Assembly: GCA_964615415.1 (NCBI GenBank)
Contig: CAZTNI010000003.1
Location: 79,235-143,234, forward strand
DNA from: an uncultured Candidatus Saccharibacteria bacterium
GTDB lineage: Bacteria; Patescibacteriota; Minisyncoccia; Phycocordibacterales; SBAW01
Length of the DNA stretch: 64,000 nt
Reading direction: 5' to 3'
In this document: positions 1 through 10,019 of the stretch, piece by piece
How positions within the stretch are numbered: position 1 is the stretch's first letter
Layout of the letters: each line of letters begins with the position of its first letter
Position numbers and translations under genes: made by a program
The notes under the pieces: generated by a model
Seen by the model: the letters and a program-made list of their open reading frames with translations, nothing else
Database searches by the model: none
Told to the model about the DNA's origin: nothing

Positions 1-2
1 CA

Positions 3-917
3 ATGCTTCATGCATCACTCTTTGGGGAGAAGCCGCCCGAGCGGTATGTTACTGCAGATGTGCGTGACAAAATTGCTACAACCTATTTTACCAACCCGCT
101 TCTGGAGTGTGCGGAGTTGCCCGAACATATTTCTATAGGAGACAGAGTCGACTTGCAGAAAAACATCGAGAATTTTATTGCCAACCAGAAAGCACGAGGA
201 ATTCTTTCAAATGCATCCGTATACTATCGGGATTTAACCAACGGACCGTGGTTTGGTATTAATGAGGATGAGCCTTTTACGCCGGCAAGCCTCCTTAAAG
301 TGCCGCTTGCGATGTGGTACTACGCAGAGGCCGATAAAAACCCAGAGATTCTTGAACAGGAAATAGAATTTAATGGTCCGCTTGGTAGCAGCGTTGTGCA
401 CTTTCCTCCCCGCGCAACACTTGAGGTGGGGAAAGTGTATACAATTGACGAACTTATACATCGCATGCTTGCAGAGTCAGACAATGATGCGACAAAGATC
501 TTGGGAGAGTTTGCAGCAAATAGAGGGGTAACAGAAGTGTATCAGGACCTCGGTGTTAAGCCATTTTTGGATCAGGCCTACACAATAGATGTGCATACCT
601 ATGCGTCGTTCTTTCGTATTTTGTACAACGCGACGTACCTGGGCAGGTCTCTCTCCGAACATATTCTTGAAATTATGAGCACTTCAGGGTTTACCAAAGG
701 TCTTGTGGCAGGTGTGCCTGCATCTGTGCCCGTGTCGCATAAATTTGGAGAAAAAACTCTTGATGAGGCAGAGCATTTATATCAATTGCACGACTGTGGC
801 GTTGTATATGCTGCGTCTCCATATATATTGTGTGTGATGACACAGGGGAAAGAGTACGGTCAGTTAGCAAATGTTATTAAAGATATTTCAAGCATGGTGT
901 ATAAAGCGGTAAAGTAG
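3..917 (+). CDS. serine beta-lactamase-like / penicillin-binding family protein (5' partial)
   Basis: ORF runs off window start; SxxK (SLLK), SDN (AESDND) and K-x-G (KFG) motifs typical of class A beta-lactamase/PBP serine hydrolases. Confidence 0.55.
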   Translation: MLHASLFGEKPPERYVTADVRDKIATTYFTNPLLECAELPEHISIGDRVDLQKNIENFIANQKARGILSNASVYYRDLTNGPWFGINEDEPFTPASLLKVPLAMWYYAEADKNPEILEQEIEFNGPLGSSVVHFPPRATLEVGKVYTIDELIHRMLAESDNDATKILGEFAANRGVTEVYQDLGVKPFLDQAYTIDVHTYASFFRILYNATYLGRSLSEHILEIMSTSGFTKGLVAGVPASVPVSHKFGEKTLDEAEHLYQLHDCGVVYAASPYILCVMTQGKEYGQLANVIKDISSMVYKAVK

Positions 918-959
918 TCTGCTACTGTTTTGTCCCACGTGGACACGATATACTAAAGA

Positions 960-3059
960 GTGTCTATGCACAGACTTCTTTTCCTTGTTGTCGGTCTATT
1001 TTTTCTATTGCCCAGCATGGCAGATGCGGCATCTATTAGTCGGCCGGTAAATGGCTTGGGGTTGGTAGGCTATTGGAGTTTTAACGAAGGAACGTCAACT
1101 AATGCGGGCGACTATAGTGGGTATGGCAACGCAGCAATAGCGTCTACCACCTGGATAGCAGGGAAGCGTGGCACAGCGCTTTCTTTTAATCGCTCCACTG
1201 ACTATGCGTACATGCCAACATTTAACCAAACTCTGTTGCCGGCAACTTTTGTTGCATGGGTCAAAGTTCCTTCAAGTGTTACGTTAAGCTCCTGCAGAGG
1301 AGCTGTGTTTTCTCGAAATACCGCCGTTTCCGGGATGAATATTGGCGCTTGCTCTGCGTCCACAAGACTCGGGTACCACTGGAACAATGCCGCAAATACC
1401 TATGGTTGGGTTACTGGTCCGCTTATACCGAGAGACGAATGGTTTTTGGCGGTTCTAGTTGTAGAGTCTGATCAGGCAACTATGTATGCAATTTCGGAAG
1501 ACGGTGTAGAGTCGGCTGTAAATGCAGTGGCACACACAAGTTCGGTGATTGATGGGTTGAATGTGGGGCGCGACCCGAGCCAGAGTCGTTATTTTGGAGG
1601 ACAAATAGACGAAGTGCGGATATATAACCGCGCACTTGCGCAAAGTGAACTAGAGTCCATATACAGATCTGGCGGATATGCGCGCATCAATGCGTCGCGC
1701 ACTGCGGTTACAAACGGCCTTGTGGCGTGGTGGACCATGGATGGTACTGATATGGCGTATAACATTGGCGACAAGAGCGGCAATGGCAACCATGCGTATC
1801 TCATCAACATGGCAACCTCGACTGCTCAGATACCTGGCAAAATAGGTTCCGCTTTGCGATTTGATGGGGGAGATGATTATGCGTTTGCTAACGACAGCGA
1901 CAGTTTAGACACGCCGGACGGCCTAACGGTTTCGGCGTGGGTATATGACAGTAATGACGGTACGCAAAATCACACACTAAACAAAGACGACGGTTCTTCT
2001 AACAGAAACTGGATCATACGGCGCCAGAGTGATACTACGGGTAACTATCACCTATGGAATTCTGCTGGCACGTTGCGGCAGTTTGTCCCCGCGAATAGTT
2101 GGAAAATTAACGAATGGTTCCACATTGTGTACACCGTTTCTGTCAGTGGTTCGACGATAACCCTGCAGGTCTTTATTAATGGAGTCTCGGTGGGCACGGA
2201 CTCATTTTCAGGTACTGCAATTCGTACGGGCACTGCACCTGTGATGATGAGCAAGAACACAGTCGCGGGTACTAGTGAAAAGGCTCAGCGCTTGGACGAT
2301 GTGCGTATTTACAACCGCGCGCTCACTGCTGCAGAAGCAAAACAAATTTACAACGAAGGTGCCGGGACCAAAGTAAATGTAAGCACAACGAATGACACAT
2401 CGCTTGACCAAGGACTCATTAGCTATTGGTCGTTTAATGGTCCAGATGTAAGTGACTATGTATATGATCGTATTGGTGGCAACAACGGATATTTTGTCGG
2501 AACTGCCACTTCGACAGCTAAAGCTATAGGTAAAGTTGGTCAGGCCTTTAATTTTAACGGGAGTAGCGACTCGATAGAAATTGCTCACAATGCCAACCAG
2601 CTTCCTACGGACGGTCTTTCGTTTTCTGTCTGGATGAAGGCGGATAGTCACGGAGGCAACAGCCGTGGCAGACTCATAGATAAGTCGACCGGCACGCAAG
2701 CGCAAGGAGGATTTACGCTTTTTACAACAAACAGTGGTGGTGATGGACAAATAGGGTTTGCGATAAACAACTCTTCGGCCATACAGTCTGGCTCAGGCTC
2801 ATATGCATTAGGGCAGTGGGTCCATGTTGCTGCAACGGCTACCGCGGCTGGAGCATCGATTATCTACATAAACGGGGTACAGACTACGAGTGGAAATACT
2901 GCAGCTCTAAGTGGACTCACTACCACAAATGCTCTCAGTATTGGGAAAAGAAGTGCTGCCTCAGACCGATATTTTGACGGAATCTTAGACGAAGTGCGCA
3001 TGTATAACCGCGTGTTAACTGCGGCGGAAGTTAAGCAACTCTATAACGCAGGACGATGA
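960..3059 (+). CDS. secreted protein with three LamG/concanavalin-A-like lectin repeats
   Basis: N-terminal signal peptide; three repeats each ending in a D(E/D)VRIYNRAL(T/A)..E....Y motif characteristic of Laminin_G_3 domains. Confidence 0.7.
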   Translation: MSMHRLLFLVVGLFFLLPSMADAASISRPVNGLGLVGYWSFNEGTSTNAGDYSGYGNAAIASTTWIAGKRGTALSFNRSTDYAYMPTFNQTLLPATFVAWVKVPSSVTLSSCRGAVFSRNTAVSGMNIGACSASTRLGYHWNNAANTYGWVTGPLIPRDEWFLAVLVVESDQATMYAISEDGVESAVNAVAHTSSVIDGLNVGRDPSQSRYFGGQIDEVRIYNRALAQSELESIYRSGGYARINASRTAVTNGLVAWWTMDGTDMAYNIGDKSGNGNHAYLINMATSTAQIPGKIGSALRFDGGDDYAFANDSDSLDTPDGLTVSAWVYDSNDGTQNHTLNKDDGSSNRNWIIRRQSDTTGNYHLWNSAGTLRQFVPANSWKINEWFHIVYTVSVSGSTITLQVFINGVSVGTDSFSGTAIRTGTAPVMMSKNTVAGTSEKAQRLDDVRIYNRALTAAEAKQIYNEGAGTKVNVSTTNDTSLDQGLISYWSFNGPDVSDYVYDRIGGNNGYFVGTATSTAKAIGKVGQAFNFNGSSDSIEIAHNANQLPTDGLSFSVWMKADSHGGNSRGRLIDKSTGTQAQGGFTLFTTNSGGDGQIGFAINNSSAIQSGSGSYALGQWVHVAATATAAGASIIYINGVQTTSGNTAALSGLTTTNALSIGKRSAASDRYFDGILDEVRMYNRVLTAAEVKQLYNAGR

Positions 3060-3631
3060 GAAAAGTATTGATAACGCTACTCATGGTCGGGGGTATTGGT
3101 GCCACAATGTTGTGGTATTTTTCTAAAAACGATTTTGTTCTGTGGAACACCACAACAACTGCAAGCCCGACAGAGCAAGGTGGAAAAAATAGTCCTGAAG
3201 TGCCGCTCGTGCAGCCCACCCCTAACGCCCAAGGTCTTTCTACTTATACTGACACGCAGTACGGCTTCTCTGTGTCATACCCAGCGGGTTACAAAATAGG
3301 TAAATTGTCAGAAGGTGCAGGACACACATTTGTGCTCCAAGATTCTGCTGGTGTGGGGATGCAAATTGTTGTTACTTCGTTCGATGAAGCTATTACATTA
3401 ACCCCAGAGCGTATCCGCCAAGATTTGCCAGAGATGCCTATACAGAATCCGCAACAAGTAGTTTTCCCTGGCGCTACTGTGCAGGGCGTCATGTTTAAGA
3501 GTTCTGGTGGTGGGTTTGGGGAGAGTATTGAGTTGTGGTTTGTCCACAATGGGCATTTGTATCAAGCCTCGTCCTACTTCTCCCAATTCGATTTCTTTAA
3601 CAAGGTAATGGGGACATTTGTCTTTAAATAA
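3056..3631 (+). CDS. membrane-anchored hypothetical protein
   Basis: ATGA start/stop overlap with upstream LamG gene; single N-terminal TM helix; no recognisable domain. Confidence 0.5.
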   Translation: MRKVLITLLMVGGIGATMLWYFSKNDFVLWNTTTTASPTEQGGKNSPEVPLVQPTPNAQGLSTYTDTQYGFSVSYPAGYKIGKLSEGAGHTFVLQDSAGVGMQIVVTSFDEAITLTPERIRQDLPEMPIQNPQQVVFPGATVQGVMFKSSGGGFGESIELWFVHNGHLYQASSYFSQFDFFNKVMGTFVFK

Positions 3632-3648
3632 GGTGTATACTTAGGGCC

Positions 3649-4677
3649 ATGTTTGGACGCACAAAAACACGGGTGGCTATTAACGGATTTGGACGCATTG
3701 GCAGGGCTTTTTTTCGTCTTTCGCTTGAGAATAAAAATATAGAAGTTGTTGCTATTAACGACCTTGGAGACATCAATAACTTTGCGTACATGTTGAAGTA
3801 CGATACGGTCTATCGTACGTTAGGTGCCGACGTGCGCGTTGAAGGAACTACGCTCGTTGTTGGCACTAAAAAAGTCGCATTTATTTCAGAAAAAGATCCA
3901 ACTAAGTTGCCATGGGGTGATATGAAAGTAGATGTAGTGGTAGAGTCGACTGGCGTCTTTGATAGTTATGAAAAATCTCGCGCTCATCTGGCCGCAGGAG
4001 CAAAACATGTCGTTATTACGGCGCCGGTTAAAGATGAGATGGAAGGAGGAGCGACCGTGCTTATGGGAGTCAATGAAGAAAAACTTGCGACGTGCCAAGT
4101 TAGTTCTAATGCATCATGCACGACGAACGCTGGGTCCCCGGTTATCGCTATTTTAGATGCGGCAATCGGTATTGAAAAAGCACTTCTTAATACAACGCAT
4201 GCATACACAGCAACGCAGTCGATTGTCGACGGTCCGGTAAAAGGAAATGATTTCCGTCGAGGTCGCGCTGCGGCGCAAAATATGTCGCCATCTTCTACAG
4301 GAGCAGCAGTTGCGGTAACGAAGGCCTACACACAACTCACTGATAAGTTTGATGGTATCGCGGTGCGTGTGCCAGTGCCGGCAGGTTCTATTGCCGACAT
4401 TACCTTTATTGCAAAGCGCGAGACCACTGCAGAGGAAGTGAACACTATTCTTGAAGCAGCAGCAAAAGAAGATCGTTGGCAGGGGATTTTTACCACAACT
4501 CGCGAACAGCTCGTTTCGTCAGACATTATCGGCATGCCGTTTGCGTCGATCGCAGATCTTTCTTTGACACGGGTTGTGGGCGGCAACTTGGTGAAAGTGC
4601 TTGCCTGGTATGACAATGAAATGGGATATGCGAACACATTGGTGCGGCATGTTGAAAAGGCGGGCGCGCACGTCTAA
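3649..4677 (+). CDS. gap: glyceraldehyde-3-phosphate dehydrogenase
   Basis: INGFGRIGR NAD-binding motif and SNASCTTN catalytic-Cys motif; full-length 342 aa. Confidence 0.92.
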   Translation: MFGRTKTRVAINGFGRIGRAFFRLSLENKNIEVVAINDLGDINNFAYMLKYDTVYRTLGADVRVEGTTLVVGTKKVAFISEKDPTKLPWGDMKVDVVVESTGVFDSYEKSRAHLAAGAKHVVITAPVKDEMEGGATVLMGVNEEKLATCQVSSNASCTTNAGSPVIAILDAAIGIEKALLNTTHAYTATQSIVDGPVKGNDFRRGRAAAQNMSPSSTGAAVAVTKAYTQLTDKFDGIAVRVPVPAGSIADITFIAKRETTAEEVNTILEAAAKEDRWQGIFTTTREQLVSSDIIGMPFASIADLSLTRVVGGNLVKVLAWYDNEMGYANTLVRHVEKAGAHV

Positions 4678-4682
4678 GACCT

Positions 4683-5138
4683 ATGGCAAAAATTTTTTTA
4701 GCATCAGACCATGCAGGGTACGCTCTTAAAGAAACACTGCAGGTTTTCCTGACGGAAGAAGGATATGAGGTGGAAGATCTTGGGCCCGAGAACTTAACTC
4801 CGGGCGACGACTACCCGGACTACTGCATGCCGCTTGGTGAAAAAGTGGCTAAAAATAAGGATAGTTTTGGTATTGTGATCGGTGGTTCAGGGCAGGGAGA
4901 GGCTATAGCAGTGAACCGGGTTCGTGGTGCACGAGCAACCGTTTTTTACGGAGGCAGTACAGACGTGCTAGTTGTGTCGCGTGAGCATAACAATGCAAAT
5001 GTATTGTCGCTCGGTGCACGATTTATGTCGGTTGAAGATGCACAGCATGCAACACTGTTGTGGCTCACTACTGAATTTTCAAACGATGAACGCCACGTAC
5101 GTCGTATAAAAAAATTAGATCAACCAAAATCACTATGA
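4683..5138 (+). CDS. rpiB: ribose-5-phosphate isomerase B
   Basis: RpiB/LacAB family N-terminus (IFLASDHAGYALKE); 151 aa. Confidence 0.85.
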   Translation: MAKIFLASDHAGYALKETLQVFLTEEGYEVEDLGPENLTPGDDYPDYCMPLGEKVAKNKDSFGIVIGGSGQGEAIAVNRVRGARATVFYGGSTDVLVVSREHNNANVLSLGARFMSVEDAQHATLLWLTTEFSNDERHVRRIKKLDQPKSL

Positions 5139-5824
5139 TTGAAATCATTCCAGCAATTTTACCCGCAACATTTGATGACTTGGTGGCGCACTTGTTGCGC
5201 GTGCGAGGCACTACGCGCATGGTGCAAATAGACATGGTTGATGGTTCGTTTGCGCCGAACAGAACGTGGCCGTACGGCGAGTATGAATCGTTTGAATCGA
5301 TTGCACATGAAGAAGAAGGGATGCCATTTTGGGAAGAATTTGATTTTGAATTTGATGTCATGGCGCAGCATCCTGAAAAAGATGTTGAAAATGTGGTGCA
5401 TGCGGGCGCGGCACGAGTTGTTATCCATGCTACAAGTGTCGGTGCTACCAAAGCGCTCGAGTTGCTACAAGTGTCTCGAGGAGGAGAATTGGGAGTCAAG
5501 GTGGGTATTGCGCTTCAACTTACAGACACTCCAGAGACGCTCACTGCATTTGATGGGCTCTATGACTTTGTGCAGGTGATGGGGATTGCAAAAGTTGGGT
5601 TTCAAGGGCAAGCATTTGATGATCGTGCATTTTCTCTCGTAGCTGCGCTGCGTGCTGCGTATCCTCAGTTGCCGATCCAAGTAGACGGAGGTGTCCGAGA
5701 GGAAAATGCTGCTCGGCTTGTCCGTGCAGGTGCGACACGCTTGGTTGTTGGCTCAGCTATTTTTGCCACAGACGATCCAAAAGGTGCGCTCGAAGCGTTG
5801 TATACTGAAGTGGATGCTGAGTGA
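5135..5824 (+). CDS. rpe: ribulose-phosphate 3-epimerase
   Basis: ATGA overlap with rpiB; IDMVDGSFAPN and C-terminal VDGG motifs of the Rpe TIM barrel. Confidence 0.8.
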   Translation: MIEIIPAILPATFDDLVAHLLRVRGTTRMVQIDMVDGSFAPNRTWPYGEYESFESIAHEEEGMPFWEEFDFEFDVMAQHPEKDVENVVHAGAARVVIHATSVGATKALELLQVSRGGELGVKVGIALQLTDTPETLTAFDGLYDFVQVMGIAKVGFQGQAFDDRAFSLVAALRAAYPQLPIQVDGGVREENAARLVRAGATRLVVGSAIFATDDPKGALEALYTEVDAE

Positions 5825-6668
5825 TAAAGAAGTTCTTACTATTGAGCAGAAAGCTGCAGACATTCGTGCCACAATAGTGGAGATGCTCGTTGCTGCGGGA
5901 AGTGGCCATACTGCAGGCCCGCTTGGTATGGCAGACATATTTGCTGCCTTTTACTTTCATATTCTTACCCATGACCCAAAACATCCGGACTGGGAAGGTC
6001 GCGACCGTATCATTTTGAGTAATGGTCACATTACGCCGGTACGCTACGCTGCCATGGCACACGCAGGGTATTTTCCTGTTGAAGAATGTATGACGCTGCG
6101 TAAATTCGGGTCGCGCCTCCAAGGGCACCCTGAACGCACGAAGCTTCCTGGTGTTGAAACTACCTCAGGGCCGCTTGGAAGCGGTTTGGGACAAGCGGCA
6201 GGTATCGCGTACGGTGCGCGAATGGATAAAAAGAAATTCCGCACCTATTGTCTGATGAGCGATGGCGAACAAGACGCCGGTAATACCTGGGAAGGAGCGA
6301 TGTTTGCAGGAGTAAATAAGCTCTCAAACCTGACTGCAGTTATTGATCGCAACAATATCCAAATTAATGGCATGACAGAAGAAGTGATGCCACTTGAAAA
6401 TTTGCGCGCGAAATACGAAGCGTTTAATTGGCATGTGCTCGAGGTTAACGGCCATAATATTCAGGAATTTGTAAACGCGGTTGAACAAGCACAAGCAATT
6501 TACGAAAAGCCAACCGTGATCATTGCGCACACTATTCCGGGCAAGGGTGTTAAAGAGATCGAATTCGACTACACCTGGCATGGGAAACCGCCAAGTAAGG
6601 AAGAAGCAAAACGCTTTTTGCACGAACTGCGCACCATGAAAGGCAAAGTTAAGAGCGAGCACGAATAA
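5814..6668 (+). CDS. transketolase, N-terminal (TPP-binding) subunit
   Basis: GSGHTAGPLGMADI TPP-binding signature; start ATG at 5814 overlaps rpe end by 11 nt; split-type transketolase. Confidence 0.85.
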   Translation: MLSDKEVLTIEQKAADIRATIVEMLVAAGSGHTAGPLGMADIFAAFYFHILTHDPKHPDWEGRDRIILSNGHITPVRYAAMAHAGYFPVEECMTLRKFGSRLQGHPERTKLPGVETTSGPLGSGLGQAAGIAYGARMDKKKFRTYCLMSDGEQDAGNTWEGAMFAGVNKLSNLTAVIDRNNIQINGMTEEVMPLENLRAKYEAFNWHVLEVNGHNIQEFVNAVEQAQAIYEKPTVIIAHTIPGKGVKEIEFDYTWHGKPPSKEEAKRFLHELRTMKGKVKSEHE

Positions 6669-6678
6669 CATATATTGT

Positions 6679-7104
6679 ATGCAAGTACGTGATGTCGACA
6701 TAGGATTTGTAATTAAGCTTGCTCGAGGAGAGCGGGTGATAGAATCCCTGTCTGCTTTTTGTGAAAAACGCGGTATCAAAGGTGCTGTGTTTAATGCGAT
6801 CGGCGCAGTAAAAAACACAGAGATCGGGTACTACAATCTTACAAAGCGTGAATATTTTTTTAAAAAAATTGAAGACGAGCGAGAGGTGGCAAGTATGACA
6901 GGTAATGTTGCCGAGGCTGAAGGGAAATTAGTTATCCACGCACATGCGGTGCTTTCGGCAATGGACGACACGCTCTCTTGTGTTGGCGCTCATATAAAAG
7001 AAGCAGAAGTTGCAGTAACGCTTGAAGTGTTTTTGACACCGCTCTCTGTCCCGCTCTCGCGCGCCTACGACGAAGAGACAGGCTTAAAGTTATTGCAGTT
7101 GTAA
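6679..7104 (+). CDS. PPC-domain (DUF296) protein
   Basis: FNAIGAVKNTEIGYYN and YDEETGLKLL resemble conserved PPC/DUF296 blocks; inserted between the two transketolase halves. Confidence 0.7.
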   Translation: MQVRDVDIGFVIKLARGERVIESLSAFCEKRGIKGAVFNAIGAVKNTEIGYYNLTKREYFFKKIEDEREVASMTGNVAEAEGKLVIHAHAVLSAMDDTLSCVGAHIKEAEVAVTLEVFLTPLSVPLSRAYDEETGLKLLQL

Positions 7105-7108
7105 TTGT

Positions 7109-8104
7109 ATGTTAAACAAGACACTTAAATTACTTCCACGGCTTCTTGATGCTACTGATGCGGCGCCTGCCATGACGGCAAACCGGGATGGCTTCGGTAA
7201 AGCGCTCCTTGAACTTGGTGAAAAGAATGAACAAGTGGTGGTGTTGTGTGCTGACTTGGCGGAATCGACTCGCGTATTGCCCTTTAAAGAAAAATTTCCT
7301 GAGCGCTATATTGAAATTGGCGTTGCGGAGCAAAATTTGGCTACCGTTGCGTCGGGGCTCGCGAACTACGGCAAGATCCCGTTCATTTCATCGTACGCAG
7401 CGTTTTCTCCTGGGCGCAACAATGAGCAAATTCGCACAACTATTTCTATAAATGATGTACCGGTCAAAATTGCGGGTATGCATGCGGGGATTTCTGTAGG
7501 GCCGGACGGTGCTACCCACCAGGCACTTGAAGACATGGGGCTTATGCGCATGCAGCCGAATATGACCGTGATCTCGCCGTGCGATGCAGAAGAAGCTCGT
7601 AAAGCAACCCTCGCAGCTGCGGCGCACAAGGGGCCGGTCTACCTGCGTTTTGCACGCGAAAAGACGCCGGTGATGACGACAGAAAAAACACCTTTTGAAT
7701 TAGGAAAAGCGAACGTGATGTGGAAAGTAAAAGACCCTCAGGTGGTGGTGTTTGCTACAGGGCCACTTCTGTATCAGGCATTGCTTGCTGCGCGAGAATT
7801 GGCAGAAGAAATTCCGGTAACAGTAGTAAACATTCACACTATTAAACCGCTTGATGTGGAGACAATTGTAAAAGAGACTGCAAAAGCTGGCGCAGTCGTG
7901 ACTGTTGAAGAGCATCAGGTTGCGGGCGGCATGGGGAGTGCGGTCGCAGAAGTGCTCGCTGCAGAGTCCCCGGTCCCGATCGAATTTATTGGGGTGCACG
8001 ACCGTTTTGGACAGTCGGGAGAGCCGGCAGAGTTGTTGCGGCACTACGAACTTGATGCTCCAGCGATTGTAAAAAAAATTAAAAAGGTAGTAGCGCGCAA
8101 ATAG
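7109..8104 (+). CDS. transketolase, C-terminal (pyrimidine-binding) subunit
   Basis: Pyr-binding and C-terminal transketolase domains (EIGVAEQN, GPDGATHQALEDM). Confidence 0.85.
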   Translation: MLNKTLKLLPRLLDATDAAPAMTANRDGFGKALLELGEKNEQVVVLCADLAESTRVLPFKEKFPERYIEIGVAEQNLATVASGLANYGKIPFISSYAAFSPGRNNEQIRTTISINDVPVKIAGMHAGISVGPDGATHQALEDMGLMRMQPNMTVISPCDAEEARKATLAAAAHKGPVYLRFAREKTPVMTTEKTPFELGKANVMWKVKDPQVVVFATGPLLYQALLAARELAEEIPVTVVNIHTIKPLDVETIVKETAKAGAVVTVEEHQVAGGMGSAVAEVLAAESPVPIEFIGVHDRFGQSGEPAELLRHYELDAPAIVKKIKKVVARK

Positions 8105-8108
8105 TACT

Positions 8109-8300
8109 ATGCTCGATCCTATAGGCACAAGCGTTTTGCGTTCAAATATAAACTCCTACCTTGGTATGTTGCTCGTTGGCGCGTGCGCGCTGTTCGCAGG
8201 CATCTACATCCTTCAGGCGGCGTTTGGCTATAATCCTATCGTGCACGCGTTTGAAACGACGGTGTATCGAGAAAATTTCTATACTCCGTCACTACCATAA
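8109..8300 (+). CDS. small membrane protein (hypothetical)
   Basis: 63-aa ORF with one TM segment, directly after tkt and followed by a hairpin terminator. Confidence 0.4.
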   Translation: MLDPIGTSVLRSNINSYLGMLLVGACALFAGIYILQAAFGYNPIVHAFETTVYRENFYTPSLP

Positions 8301-8332
8301 AAGAACCTCTCCCGAAGGAGAGGTTTATTTTA
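8301..8332. terminator. bidirectional rho-independent terminator
   Basis: AACCTCTCC-CGAA-GGAGAGGTT hairpin followed by TATTTT; sits between convergent genes. Confidence 0.6.
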
Positions 8333-8920
8333 CTCAGGTATCTGGTGAGCGGTAATGCAGCGAAGTGCTTCGCCGAGCACTTGCTCGATCGACTGGGTGG
8401 CGTCGATGAAGTGGAGCTTCAGTTTTTCTTGTTCTGTTTCTGCCCACCGGTCCCACAGCCTTCCTTCCTGGATCCGCGATTCAAGGTCAGGAGGGTTGCC
8501 ACGCTCACTCAAGCGACGGCGCTGCTCTGTTTCGTCATGGAGTGAAAGGTAGAGAGAACAGACGCGGTCTTCTTTTCCGAGCTGGGTAGCATAGTGTCGA
8601 ATTTCTTCGACTTTGTCGGGCACAAGGAGGCTGATATATACGCCGTGTCGCAGCGCTTCCTCTACGTCGCGTTTCCGGGTGCCGTACCATCCATGACGCG
8701 ATGGCATAACTGTCCAAAGAAATTCGCCCGTGTCGCGCATGCGCTCGAACTCTGTTTCCGAAACATAGAAGTATTCTCCCGGAAGATCGCTTGGGCGCGG
8801 TGCGCGCGTCGTGACGCTTTCAAGCAACTTCGCGTGCGGAATGTGCTCGAGCAGTCCTTGTGCGAGGCGGGTTTTACCAACTCCTGTAGGAGCGGTGATA
8901 GTGATCAATATGCGGGGCAT
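8330..8920 (-). CDS. gmk: guanylate kinase
   Basis: P-loop APTGVGKT and TTRAPRP...EYFYVS guanylate kinase signature. Confidence 0.8.
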   Translation of the reverse strand: MPRILITITAPTGVGKTRLAQGLLEHIPHAKLLESVTTRAPRPSDLPGEYFYVSETEFERMRDTGEFLWTVMPSRHGWYGTRKRDVEEALRHGVYISLLVPDKVEEIRHYATQLGKEDRVCSLYLSLHDETEQRRRLSERGNPPDLESRIQEGRLWDRWAETEQEKLKLHFIDATQSIEQVLGEALRCITAHQIPE

Positions 8921-8969
8921 AGTGGTGCTCCTGGTTCGAGAGGTGCTCCTACTAGAGGAGTATACCTGC

Positions 8970-9974
8970 TTAGTGTAATTCTTCTACTGCGAATGCTGCA
9001 GGGGGATTAGCAAGATTTTTTTCCAGCTGCTCGCGTGTGAGTAAACCTTTTTGTGCCCCGATGCCTTGGAGTACAGAAGAAGAGTTTGTAGCACCCCAGA
9101 GCATGGCTTCATGGAGCGGCTTACCAAGGATAAGTGCAGACACGGTTGTTGAAGCAAACGCGTCGCCTGCGCCAGTAATTTCATACGGAGGACGCGGGTC
9201 AGGATAGCGCGGCACGTGCCACATGGTTCCATTTTCTTCTATTGCGTATGCGCCGCGAGCGTCGTCAGTAATAACAACAATTTTTGGTCCGGTAGCCTGC
9301 ATTGTTTTAAGTAAGGTTTTCATGTCGCTGCCGGAAGGTAACGTTAAGATGCGCTCCGCTTCTTCTTTGTTACAGAAAAAGATGTGCGTGCGTTCATAGA
9401 CGCCTTTCAGTGCCTCAAGACCCATCTTCATTTGGAAGGTGCCAGGTTGGAAGGCGAGCTTGGTAGTTTTCCAGCTGTCGAGCAAGTCCATGAGTTCGTG
9501 GTGGTACATCAGTGTATTGTCGCCGAGCGAAGAGAGGTAAAGCCACTTCGGTGGTTCGGAAATTTTTGGTGCGTGATACTCAAACGTCTCGTGCTTTACG
9601 AGGATAGTGCGCTGACCTTCGTACCAGAGTACGTAGTGATAGTTCGTGTGTTTGCCCTGAGATTTTTCTATATACGATACGTCAACGCCATCTTTGGTGA
9701 GAGAATCTATACAGTCTTTGCCGTATTGGTCATCACCTACATAGGCGCGCAGCGCAGCATTGAGACCGAGGCGAGCGGCAGATACTGCGGCATTTGCAGA
9801 GTTGCCGACTGCCGGCACCACCTCTGCAAACTCGTAGGGGATTTTATCGCCCCATTTCATACAAATTTCGCAGTCTTCGTTATCTAAGCGGCAGTGCACA
9901 GAGGCGTCTTTCAGTCGGATAAATGCATCAATGACAACGTCACCGATAGTCAACATATCAATCGCTTTTTCCAT
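8970..9974 (-). CDS. PfkB-family carbohydrate/nucleoside kinase
   Basis: C-terminal GAGDAFAS anion-hole motif of the ribokinase/PfkB family; start taken at MEKAIDML (a -10 TATACT lies immediately upstream, leaderless-like). Confidence 0.8.
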   Translation of the reverse strand: MEKAIDMLTIGDVVIDAFIRLKDASVHCRLDNEDCEICMKWGDKIPYEFAEVVPAVGNSANAAVSAARLGLNAALRAYVGDDQYGKDCIDSLTKDGVDVSYIEKSQGKHTNYHYVLWYEGQRTILVKHETFEYHAPKISEPPKWLYLSSLGDNTLMYHHELMDLLDSWKTTKLAFQPGTFQMKMGLEALKGVYERTHIFFCNKEEAERILTLPSGSDMKTLLKTMQATGPKIVVITDDARGAYAIEENGTMWHVPRYPDPRPPYEITGAGDAFASTTVSALILGKPLHEAMLWGATNSSSVLQGIGAQKGLLTREQLEKNLANPPAAFAVEELH

Positions 9975-10019
9975 ATAAGATGAGTATACTACGAAGCGGA
10001 ACAAGGGAGGTCTGTGCAT

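Noticed and set aside
5691-5813. Upstream extension of the transketolase N-subunit ORF (start at 5691)
   Set aside because: The extension overlaps the rpe C-terminus in another frame and lacks transketolase similarity; the conserved N-terminus begins at MLSDKEV (5814)
8594-9010. 138-aa plus-strand ORF overlapping gmk/PfkB antisense
   Set aside because: Antisense to the conserved gmk P-loop region; no RBS
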